Positions 6,759 through 16,000 of a DNA stretch of 20,000 bases are shown one piece after another. Positions within the stretch are counted from its first letter, which is position 1; the number at the start of each line of letters is the position of its first letter. The position numbers were made by a program, and so were the translations under genes. The stretch is from an uncultured virus (IMG/VR IMGVR_UViG_3300020196_000019) (Duplodnaviria > Heunggongvirae > Uroviricota > Caudoviricetes), in IMG/VR virus record IMGVR_UViG_3300020196_000019. One strand, 5' to 3'. The notes beneath the pieces were generated by a model. The model was not told the origin of the DNA. It saw only the letters and a program-made list of their open reading frames with translations, and ran no database searches.

Positions 6759-7055
6759 ATGTGGAAGTACATCATTTGGGGTATTCTTGTGGTTATTGCC
6801 TTCAAAGAAGCTAGACCGCAAACGCCGATTGTAGTCGGACGAGACGGAGAGTATTTGGGAACGCTATCGGCTAACCCATACGAACCCGAAAGCATCGCCA
6901 ATCCTTACGGCCTGTACGGAAGCCAGTACAGCCCTTTGAGTGTGGCCGATCAATTCGGATTGTACGGAAGTCCGTACAGCAACGAGTCGGCAAATAATCA
7001 GTATCTTGTAAGCGATAACAAAATTGAGGTACAAGTAGAAGCGGAGGAGAAATGA
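6759..7055 (+). CDS. exported/membrane-anchored protein with NPYGxYGSxYS repeats
   Basis: N-terminal hydrophobic segment; GEYLGTL then NPYGLYGSQYS / DQFGLYGSPYS repeats. Confidence 0.8.
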   Translation: MWKYIIWGILVVIAFKEARPQTPIVVGRDGEYLGTLSANPYEPESIANPYGLYGSQYSPLSVADQFGLYGSPYSNESANNQYLVSDNKIEVQVEAEEK

Positions 7056-7486
7056 ACAACGCGAAGCACGAAGCAATTTTAATTGACCCCGTAGAACGAA
7101 GCATTTCCGTAGTTGAAAACCAAAGCGAAGACCTTGAAGCAATCTACAAGACCCTAGATTGCGATTGCATTTGTAGCTTTAAGATGCCGTTTAATCACGT
7201 GATGTTTCTTGACGATAACGGGCTCGTCCGCCCCATTGATGAGATTAACAAGCGGGGGTTGTTTTATGTGACCAGCTACAAGAAGCCTTTGGCTGGAAAG
7301 GGTCTGATCTTTCATTCTACTGCCGATGGCGGATTGGATTCGTGTTTTCTTTTGATTGAGCAGGTAGAACAGTTAATACGTTGGAGACCGAAGGGCGTGA
7401 AGATGACCGCAGAAGAGCAAAAGATCGCCACGGAACTTCAAATCATCCCGTTTAAAGGTATTAGAGATTCTAATGAAGAAGAATAG
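7052..7486 (+). CDS. DUF3846-like protein
   Basis: AILIDP...LEAIYKTLDC...MFLDDNGL...PLAGKGLI pattern. Confidence 0.6.
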   Translation: MNNAKHEAILIDPVERSISVVENQSEDLEAIYKTLDCDCICSFKMPFNHVMFLDDNGLVRPIDEINKRGLFYVTSYKKPLAGKGLIFHSTADGGLDSCFLLIEQVEQLIRWRPKGVKMTAEEQKIATELQIIPFKGIRDSNEEE

Positions 7487-7709
7487 TAAATCTAATTGGG
7501 AGCCGAGCTACTCGGACATTGAGTGGACGAAGACTCTTATTGGGTCTTTAAAGAACGGGGGTACTTGGGTTGTTCCGGCAAACGGGTCTATGTGGACGTT
7601 CTGGCACGACTCCACGAAGGCCAAGCTAAACTCTGGCGACCTTGAGGATGAAACTAACAGGCGCATTCATTTGATACTTACTGAGTACCTTGGCTGGGCG
7701 GTGACTTAG
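7473..7709 (+). CDS. hypothetical protein, 78 aa, Trp-rich
   Basis: ORF in operon with a short overlap. Confidence 0.75.
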   Translation: MKKNSKSNWEPSYSDIEWTKTLIGSLKNGGTWVVPANGSMWTFWHDSTKAKLNSGDLEDETNRRIHLILTEYLGWAVT

Positions 7710-7711
7710 GA

Positions 7712-8554
7712 ATGAAGCCTATCTCAACTTTGTCTTTTTTTAGGCAAAATTGTGAACGCTACTACGCTAATTTCCAACCTTGTTGCGAGTTTCTTGTTCC
7801 GGTTGAATACCCCACTAATCAGCCCTCTAGGATTTTTTGGCACGTCTCCACGGCGCATTATCTTGCTCCGCAAATAAAAGAAGGTTCTTCTTTTCTAGAT
7901 GTCGGCTGCGGGTGGGGCGGGTTCGCTCCTTTTCTTCATCCTTCGGTAAGTTATCACGGAATAGATTTTTGCCCTCAAATGCTTGAGAAGTCTTCGGCAC
8001 AGGACAACGCAAAGTTTTACCTAGAGGACATTCATCTTATGCCTTTTAGAGACGAAACTTTTGATTATGTGCTTGCCAATGAATCTTTGTTTTTTTGCAA
8101 TGTCGAGATAGCTCATAGAGAAATTCATCGCGTTTTAAAACCACAGGGAATCTTCTACACAAAAATGTGGTTGTACGAAAATCTCCCAGAAAATGAAATT
8201 ATTCCCCAGAGTTTTTATTGTTGTACTGGCATTGAGCGAGATGACCCGAATGTTTTTGGTGTTCGGCATTTGTCTGAATACGAAGAAGAATTAGACAAAT
8301 TTTTTAATCACAAACCCCTAGTAAGGGCTTGCCTTGCACCAAACACTTTTTTTAAAATAATGGACTTTGCTTTTCCCTCAATAGTTCCCCATAAGGTTTC
8401 CCCAGAGAATCCGTTTAAACATTGCGAATTTACCCCAGAAGAAAGAAAAAAATGGCCTCAAGAATGGTTGGGGCTTTTTAAAAATCAACAATCGGGCAAC
8501 CAGAATGGAATTTTCTGGTCTGGCCAAGGCTTTCGGGTATGCTCCAAGAAATGA
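7712..8554 (+). CDS. class I SAM-dependent methyltransferase (Methyltransf_11/25-like)
   Basis: Motif I FLDVGCGWG, GIDFCPQML, DIHLMPFRDETFDYV, HRVLKPQG. Confidence 0.9.
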   Translation: MKPISTLSFFRQNCERYYANFQPCCEFLVPVEYPTNQPSRIFWHVSTAHYLAPQIKEGSSFLDVGCGWGGFAPFLHPSVSYHGIDFCPQMLEKSSAQDNAKFYLEDIHLMPFRDETFDYVLANESLFFCNVEIAHREIHRVLKPQGIFYTKMWLYENLPENEIIPQSFYCCTGIERDDPNVFGVRHLSEYEEELDKFFNHKPLVRACLAPNTFFKIMDFAFPSIVPHKVSPENPFKHCEFTPEERKKWPQEWLGLFKNQQSGNQNGIFWSGQGFRVCSKK

Positions 8555-8865
8555 GCAAAGTATACATTTCTGGCCCGATGACGGGCTTACCCGATTTAAA
8601 CTATCCCGCCTTCCACAAGAAAGCCGAAGAACTACGTGCGCAAGGACACGAAGTTTTTAATCCCGCCGAAAACTTTGACGGCCAACAAGACATTGACCGA
8701 CAGGTTTGTCTTCGACAAGACTTAAAGTTACTTTTAAAGTGCGATAGGATTGTCTTCTTGGAGGGCTTTGAATCCAGCGCAGGTGCTCTTCTTGAGGCGT
8801 ACGTGGCAAGAGAATGTGGGATTAAAGCTCTTTACGAAGACAATAAGTTTTCGCAAGTTACTTAG
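8551..8865 (+). CDS. DUF4406 family (nucleoside 2-deoxyribosyltransferase-like fold) protein
   Basis: KVYISGPMTGLPDLNYPAF...VFNPAE...CDRIVFLEGFESSAGALLE; ATGA overlap. Confidence 0.9.
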   Translation: MSKVYISGPMTGLPDLNYPAFHKKAEELRAQGHEVFNPAENFDGQQDIDRQVCLRQDLKLLLKCDRIVFLEGFESSAGALLEAYVARECGIKALYEDNKFSQVT

Positions 8866-9131
8866 AGGTTAGCCGATTTTTCGCCCGCTTCAGTAGCTTT
8901 GCGAACATCTTCTTCCATTTTTTTCTTTTCTTCTTCTGTTCCGCCGTAGACCTTGAGGCCAACGTCCACAGGTTTATTGGTGTGAATAGGTATGCCGTTA
9001 ATGCTCATATTGTTTAAGTACTCCCTTCTTTTTGCACACGCCGAACAATTTTGCAGATTTGTCCTAAAGACTAAATCGATAGTCTTTGCAATCGGCTGAG
9101 CCACAAAATGTACTGCGTCACCTAGTTTCAT
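8862..9131 (-). CDS. phage small protein with LGD...CxxCxKRRExLN motif
   Basis: MKLGDAVHFVAQPIAKTID...NCSACAKRREYLN, a recurring phage pattern. Confidence 0.75.
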   Translation of the reverse strand: MKLGDAVHFVAQPIAKTIDLVFRTNLQNCSACAKRREYLNNMSINGIPIHTNKPVDVGLKVYGGTEEEKKKMEEDVRKATEAGEKSANL

Positions 9132-9390
9132 CAAGGTCGTCTATTCCGTTCTTATTTTTGTCGTTATATTGCAACGGATCACGGACAAAAACATCTTTAG
9201 AATCCAAAAACTCTTTAATTTTTTCAATTTCTTCGTCATTTTTTGGAACCGCAGGAGCCTTGAAGAATCGAATAATTCGGGCAGTAAACTGACAAGTCCA
9301 AATAAAAACGGCAGCGACAACACCAGCGATAAGAAAAGCACACAAAAGAGCTAGGATTGTTCCAAGGCCTAAGATCGTGTCTTTTATCAT
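9118..9390 (-). CDS. small membrane protein with C-terminal DxNxNG (Ca-binding-like) loop
   Basis: About 30-aa N-terminal hydrophobic stretch; DKNKNGIDDLDE. Confidence 0.75.
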   Translation of the reverse strand: MIKDTILGLGTILALLCAFLIAGVVAAVFIWTCQFTARIIRFFKAPAVPKNDEEIEKIKEFLDSKDVFVRDPLQYNDKNKNGIDDLDETR

Positions 9391-9635
9391 TTGCCCAACC
9401 CTTTTTTATTGCGGCTTCTGTTTAAACTCTTCGAACTTATTCGCAAGTTACTGGTAGAGTTATTTGAGGTGTTGTGATCTTTGTGGTCTATGTCTTTTCC
9501 TTTGATAGCCGCTTTTCCGTGCTTTTTCGCCATAATCCGTCGGGCAGAATTTCTCTCCGAACGACGTTTAACCTGCTCCGGTTGGGAGTGGTAGTTCTCG
9601 TATTCCTTCTTGTAATTGCGCTTTCCGAGGGGCAT
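9387..9635 (-). CDS. HNH endonuclease-like basic protein, 82 aa (start revised to 9635)
   Basis: RNYKKEY...RNSARR...GKDIDHKDHNTSNNSTSNLRISSKSLNRSRN; ATG 1 nt after the upstream stop. Confidence 0.8.
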   Translation of the reverse strand: MPLGKRNYKKEYENYHSQPEQVKRRSERNSARRIMAKKHGKAAIKGKDIDHKDHNTSNNSTSNLRISSKSLNRSRNKKGLGK

Positions 9636-9636
9636 C

Positions 9637-9897
9637 TTAGCAACTCCAAAGAACTTTCCTCGCCCAATAATTAGCCCCCATTTTCCCCTTAGTTCCGCCA
9701 ATGCCCCCGCTTCTGGCGCAATAGCTCTTTTTACGCTTTTCGCTACGATGCTGGCGGTAGTCTTGCATAGAGCTATCCCCGAAGTGAATGAGCTTTTCTT
9801 TCCCGCCTTCACAGGCTTTCACCATCATTTTCTTCCCTGCCCTGTCGCTACGGCGGGGCTTGTTACAGGGCATTGAAGCTTTTTTACCAAGAGGCAT
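9637..9897 (-). CDS. basic phage protein (DUF5754/DUF6321-like)
   Basis: KLIHFGDSSMQDYRQH...RKKSYCAR...ANYWARKVLW; family name recalled, uncertain. Confidence 0.75.
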   Translation of the reverse strand: MPLGKKASMPCNKPRRSDRAGKKMMVKACEGGKEKLIHFGDSSMQDYRQHRSEKRKKSYCARSGGIGGTKGKMGANYWARKVLWSC

Positions 9898-9898
9898 C

Positions 9899-9934
9899 TT
9901 GACTTAAGTGTAAAAATCGCTTAACGTATGTCAA
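9899..9934. promoter_or_regulatory. overlapping divergent sigma70-type promoters
   Basis: + strand TTGACT(9899-9904)-N17-TAACGT(9922-9927); - strand TTGACA(9934-9929)-N16-TACACT(9912-9907); ATGs at 9937 (+) and 9897 (-). Confidence 0.6.
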
Positions 9935-9936
9935 CT

Positions 9937-10059
9937 ATGCAAAAGGGCTTAGGCAAAAAGAACCCCTGTTGGAAGGGGTACAAAATGGTCGGGATGAAGA
10001 AAAAGGGCGGGAAGCCTGTGCCTAATTGCGTCCCCTCAAAGAAGGGCTTGGGTCGTTAG
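9937..10059 (+). CDS. 40-aa basic peptide with CWKGYxxxGxKxKxGxxVPNCVP module
   Basis: Not in ORF track; MQKGLGKKNPCWKGYKMVGMKKKGGKPVPNCVPSKKGLGR; promoter-like element upstream. Confidence 0.8.
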   Translation: MQKGLGKKNPCWKGYKMVGMKKKGGKPVPNCVPSKKGLGR

Positions 10060-13000
10060 TTCTTTGATTTTTCCAAGGCTTCTCTGTAAGCCTTGCTGAT
10101 ACGTATAATCACCTTCCGCTTCTCTTCTTTAATTTCTTTGATTTCCTTTGAGCGGTCTACCCCTGTTTCATCCGACTCATCCCGCAAGGCTTCAATGCGC
10201 TTTTTGAGCTTCTGCATTTGTCCGGTTGCAGCCCTAACCTCTGGATAAATGGCCAACTCTGGGGCGTATTTCTTTTCGGCTTCTGCCCGCTTCTTTTCAT
10301 TACCAGATTCGGTAAACAACTTTTGCTCTTCCTTGGCCGTATAAACGGCCTCCCGAATTGTCGCGAATCTTTCGTAATCCGCGTAATTTGGCTGCTCCCC
10401 AACGAACCTACGCAACAAAGGAAAGTCGTTTAAACCGAGCTCTTCATTTGGATCGAAGGCTTTAAAGGGAAGATTTAATAGACGCATAGCTGTTGAACCC
10501 ACCGCCCCGAAGATATAACTAACCCCGTAGTCAATGTACTCTGGCGAAACTGAAACGGCTCCCGCCCTTACTTCGTTTCCTCCCGTAGCTTCATTTAGAA
10601 ATCTTGTGAAGTCTTTGGTTATTGGGCTAACTCCGCTAAAGTATCTTTCGGAAGGTGGGGTTGGGGAGGGGTCTCCGGGGAAGTCAGACGGAACAATCGG
10701 TCTCCCGGCCCAATCTTGGTTTAAACCGGCTTCTACGAAAGGCTGTACAATAGTAGGTGAAAGTGCTGCCAATAAGTTTCTTGCCCCGCCAATCGGGTTA
10801 AACGATTCCAAGACACTTTCCGCAAAACGAGCGGCTGTTTGATTGGCAGTTTTCTTCCCAAGAGAAAAGTCCGAAGCAATATTACCGGAATGCCAGAAAA
10901 CATTGTATCCGTACGGAAGCGGAAGAGACACATATTTTCCACCCGAATTAGGAATCATAATAATCAAATTGGTTCTTTTCTTAAACTCCGGAACCTTCGA
11001 CCACCAGCTTTCTCCGTCTTCGTCATCTCCCCCCAAAGCCTCATTAAACAAACTGGCTGCCAATCCGGAGGTTGCGATTGCACCTACCAATTTGGCTACC
11101 TTTGGCGAAGTAAGCACAGCTTGAAGAAGTCGTGCCGAACCTTGCAGCGAAGCGTTAAAGAATAGGAAAAGACTATTAAAGACGGGGCCAGCCTCGCCCT
11201 TCTTTGTAAAGTTAACCGTAGCATTTCTAGCGATTGCCGCTGCTTGCTGATCGGTTGCCCCCATTTGACGGGCGTGGTGGAAGACCGCTAAGCGTGTTCC
11301 GTTTTCCATTCCCCCGTTAGCTTTTTCAATCCAATCCCCAACGGCTTTTAGGTATTCTTTATACTTCTGCGGTTTCTCGTCCACGGCGAATTTGATGTCT
11401 TTAATTTGAGTTTCAATGTCCCCCGTCATCCATCCAATAAGCTTACCGCCGGAAGCCACGAAGGCTCGGTAGCTCTCTCCCCATTCATCCATCGTAGAGC
11501 CCGGATTGAACTCCTCGGCAATCGAAGTCTGAAGCGGTTTCAAAGAAAGAACTGATCGAACGACTCGACCAGCCAAGTCTTTGTATTGTTCTTCCGAAAG
11601 ATTGCCCGCTGCCGTTTGAAGGTCTCGGATGGGGTTGGTAAAAATAAACTCGGGGTTTAAACCTGTTCTCGTAAGGGAGAGAAATCGCATAAAAGTAGCC
11701 AATCCTCCCAAAACTTTTCCACTCCAATGATCCGGATTTACTCCTCCATTTTTCAGATTGCGCACCAAGTCTTTGTTTTTTATCCGGATAAATTTTGTCT
11801 CTCCGTTGATCTTTGTGGCAAAGATATCGTCCTGATTCATCCAAGTCGGATCAACAAAATTCCTTGCAGTTTGAACGATTTCCCCTGTGTCTGGATTCTT
11901 CCGAGTTACAAGTCTGCGGATGGTTTCTGGCTCCGCAATTTCCCAAAGCTCGGGGTCTGGGTAGGTCTGCACAAGCTCGTATAAAGCATTCCCGATGCGG
12001 TTCTTTTCGGCTCTCACAATACCTGCGGCTGCGCTATTTGTTGCGTAGGCAAGGATATTTTCTGCCCTGCTAATACGCCCGAGTGTAGGCTTCACCTCTT
12101 CCCCGCGAACATTAAAGCCTCTGCCCGTAGATTGTCCGCTTTTCTGAACTTCTTCTGCGGTTGCTCCGTTAATGCCTTTGAGCGGAACGTAGTTTTGGTA
12201 GCGTTCGGTCAGAGCATTGTATAAGGCTTGAGTGATAAGCCCATCTTCAAGACGCTGCCGAAGAGAGTTGTCGATCATCGTCCGGAGGGCTTGTCTGGCC
12301 TGTTCAAATTGCTCGGCTCTTTCGTCCATTTTGTACTTCTCAATAATCTCGTCCGCCTCGTTATCGCTCATTCCGGAGCCTTTTTCGTGGAGCTCTTCAA
12401 TGTAGGCTTTGTTTTTCTTGGCTCGCTCGTAGTTTGCCTTCTCTTCCGGGGTGGCTTCCGGGCCGGGGTTGTAGGGTTCGTCTGGGATAGGATTGATGGC
12501 CCGAATGCGCTCGTTCCGTTCCTTTGCGTGCAAGGCGTACATAAACTCTTCAATCTCACTTAGTTGAATTCCCGAATCCCGAAGCAGTTTTAGGATAGGC
12601 TCAACAACGTTCTCGTTAAAGTCGGTTAAACGAGCCCCGACCTTTCCGTGGTAAAGCTCTTCAAGCTGGTAGGCGTTTAGGGTATCGGGCAGAACCTCAC
12701 CTGTTTGCTCCTCAATTGCCTGTTGGATTTTCTTTAGGTCAATGAACCTGTCTTGGAAGAATCTACGCAAGGACATAACCTTATCTAAGATTGTATTGTT
12801 CTTTCCGAGAAGTTCTTTGGCGAGCCTAGGCAAGAAGGGAACCTTGCTAATGTCGGAACGCATCACATCTGTCGGTTGATAGGCGAAACCAGTTACCTTT
12901 GCGGCTCCCAAAATATCCGGACTAGCCTGTGAAAATTCTGTGTTAAAGCCGTTGGCCAACTTTAGCTGATTTGGGTCGAAGACTATAACGCGAGAGTCGT

Positions 13001-16000
13001 AGGTATAATCCGGTTTTGTTTTTTCTTCGCCAACAATCTCAATGGAGTCAAAGCCAAACTTTTTAAGAGCTCCCTGTACGAAAGTGTTTGTGAAGCCTCT
13101 CGGATTGGCAAGTTGCGAGAGACTTTTTTCCTCAAGGGCAGAAAGGTTGTTTTTTATGATAGTAGCAACTTCAGAAACGGGTCTATCTGTTTGTGCCGCA
13201 ATTTCTTTTGCAAATTGATCGATGAGCGATTTTTCAATAAGAACGTTAGTGTCTAGGGCTAAGCTAATCGGACTGTCTGCTAAAATCCTTAGAGGGTTTG
13301 CCGCCCTTACAAAGACAGGGGTGGCGACCCCTTCGTAGGGTTTTTCTTGGTCGTTTTGAGTTTCATTAGACTGAAGTTGGTCAACGCTGTAGACCCTTGC
13401 CCCACCGGATTGTGACAGAGTATTTGGAATGCGGTGATCGGAGTCTGGAATGTACCACATCGGGGCAGGGTCTCCGGTGGCAGATTTAATTTTGCTTTTC
13501 TTAAACCAATCCTTGAACTCCTTTGTCATCGTAACCAAGTTGTAGGCTTCGGAGCTTGGGTTACTCGGCATAAAGTAGGGTAGGCTGTTAAGGAGAAAGT
13601 CTTTTGCCTTTTGCGGTATGTTGGGCAAAACCTGATCGTTCAACAAAGCTACCCACATTGGAATACGTTGACCCTCGAAGGCGGATCGCAAGTTCATCAT
13701 AGCTTCAAAAAACGTCTCCGAAATTTCTCCGCTTCCATTGAAAGTAATGCTTTTGTCGTTTGATTCTTGAATTAAATTCACAACTTGTTTAACTGTATAT
13801 TCGTAAGCCTCCGAAGAATTTGGCAGGTCTTTAATTTGTTTAAACGTATCGTACATCTTTTGCCGGAAATCTGGTGAAATCTCTACCGAAGACTTTATGT
13901 TGCCAGCCTCATCCATAACTAAATCATTTTCGATAAGAGCCTTGGCAACCTTGTTGGCGTATCCATCAACAAAAGCTTGTTGCTTGATGGCTGTCCGGTA
14001 GTCGAGAGGTTTCCCGTTCAGAAATACCGGAACCTTTTTATGGAAGAGCACTTTGGTAAGAGCAGTAAGTTGTTCGGATGAAGGTTCTTTTCGGGAAGTT
14101 GCCATAACCCTTCCGTCGTCCATAACTTGCATCTTTACCCAATTATCAAAGTATTTTTTAAGCTCTTTCTCGGAGAAAAGCTCCATTTCGGCCAAGTCTA
14201 CAATGTCTGTTCCTTCAATAAATGCAGCTTTGGTGGTCAACATTCCGCTCGCAGGGTTTTCGGCGTTAAACGGAACTGCCCCAATTGAAACAAGATCTAA
14301 TTCGGATTCATCAATCGGAAGTACCCTTGCAGCGTGGAAGACGTTTCCGTGTACAATGTCTTTCGCACGCTGAGGAGATAGACGTTTTTGATTTACTAAA
14401 TACTTAACCAAATCTTCGGAAGGAATATAAGTTTGTAAGGCCGAGGCCGCATCTCGAAGTTGTTCCGGGGACATTGTTTCCGCCTTTGAAAGCGTCTGTA
14501 GGTTATCGTCGAAGGCTACTCTTTCCGCAGTACCCGCTTTCGGAACGTTCGGTAGTTTGCCGCTTGCAAACTGGTAGGCATCAAGGCGATTAGCCGCCGC
14601 AAAAGCTTCGTCTGGGACGATTTCTGAAAGGCTTACATACTGAATAGAGTTGTTTTTGTTAATCATTCCGGTGTTCCATCCGGCAAACGGAGCCATAATG
14701 AAGGATTCTCCGGATAGGGTTTTAAGCATCGGAACCTTAAACAAAGAGGCCGTGGCAGCTAATTTCTTTTCCGCATCGAAGGACGAAGCATTGAGCAATC
14801 TAACAATGGCTTTGTCCATTGATTCGTTATCCGAGTAATTGTTAAGAAGGTTGTTCCAAAAGTCTAAGACTTCTACGTTATTCTCAAAGGCACTAAAATC
14901 GGAAATAACATTCCGCAGGGATCTTCCCGGCTGTTGCCAGTATTGAGGGCTTTCCAATTTTCTTGCAAAGGCATATTTTTGAAAGTCTTTCATTCTCCGG
15001 AGGGGGAAATTAAAGCCCGCCACGGACTTCATAAATTGAGTTGAGGGCTCCGGATTAACTTGCGCCGCTCCTAGAATATTTGTAAGACTCGACCTGTTGG
15101 CGTAATCTTTAAATTTCTCAAGGCTATATCTAATTCCTGTTACGTAGGGTTTGGGTTGTCGAATACCTTGCCAAGCGGGCGGTAGAGCCAGAGATGGATC
15201 GGCGTACTTAACTTCCTTAGACGGCCCTGCGTTAAATTCTGTTCCCAAGTCTCCTGTTAATTTTACTGCCGCATTGTGAGCGGAGCCAGCATTAAATCGC
15301 GTGGTCTTGCCTTCTTCTGTAAAAAGGAAGCCGGGTCTGTAATGCGCCCACATTCCGTCATTTATATCGCTATGACCTTCGATCATTGCTACGGTTGCGT
15401 CGTCCGCAATAACAAGGAACTCGTGATTTTTGTTAAGGGCATCAATAATTGCGTTTTTAAGAACAAGAGTTTCGAAGCTCTGAGCCAAGGTGGGGGCAAG
15501 TGTCCCGACATCTTTTTGATTTCGGGTTTCAAGTTCAGCAAACAAACTTAGGTAATCTTTAAATTCTTGCGGTGTTTTTGGGTAGTACATTCCCGATGCA
15601 GAATATTGGTCAATTTTTAACAAATTCGGCAACTCTAAGGATTGTGTTTCAAGGCCGAGTTCGGCATTTACGGATGGCGTAATAGATATTTGTTTAGGTT
15701 TTTTTAGATTTTCTCTTCCCGAGGTTAGCTTGTTATAGGTTTCGGGATCTCCAAGAACGTCAAGCATTGCTCTGTCGAAGGTTCCTAATTCCGATCCTTT
15801 ATTCCTCCTTTCGAGAACAAAATTGTCCTTGGGGTTGTTTTGGATTTGAGCTATCCCAATAGCTATATTAGATAAATTGGCTCGATCAAATGAGAATGCG
15901 ATTCCGCCTTGGCTTTGAAAGAACAAATAATTTCCGTCTTCTGTTTTTGCGAAAACAATTTCTCCTGTAGCTTCTTTTACGTAACTTCCGGGTAAGGCAG

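Noticed and set aside
159..8012. Minus-strand and alternate-frame ORFs across the early block (e.g. 159-407, 1362-1556, 5101-5538, 6864-7142)
   Set aside because: They overlap a complete chain of ATGA/TAATG-coupled + strand genes
9118..9390. Holin call for the small membrane protein
   Set aside because: No endolysin or spanin visible nearby; hydrophobicity alone is insufficient
9636..9812. N-terminal extension of the HNH-like ORF (9387-9812 in the track)
   Set aside because: Overlaps the 9637-9897 gene; ATG 9635 directly after its stop is the better start
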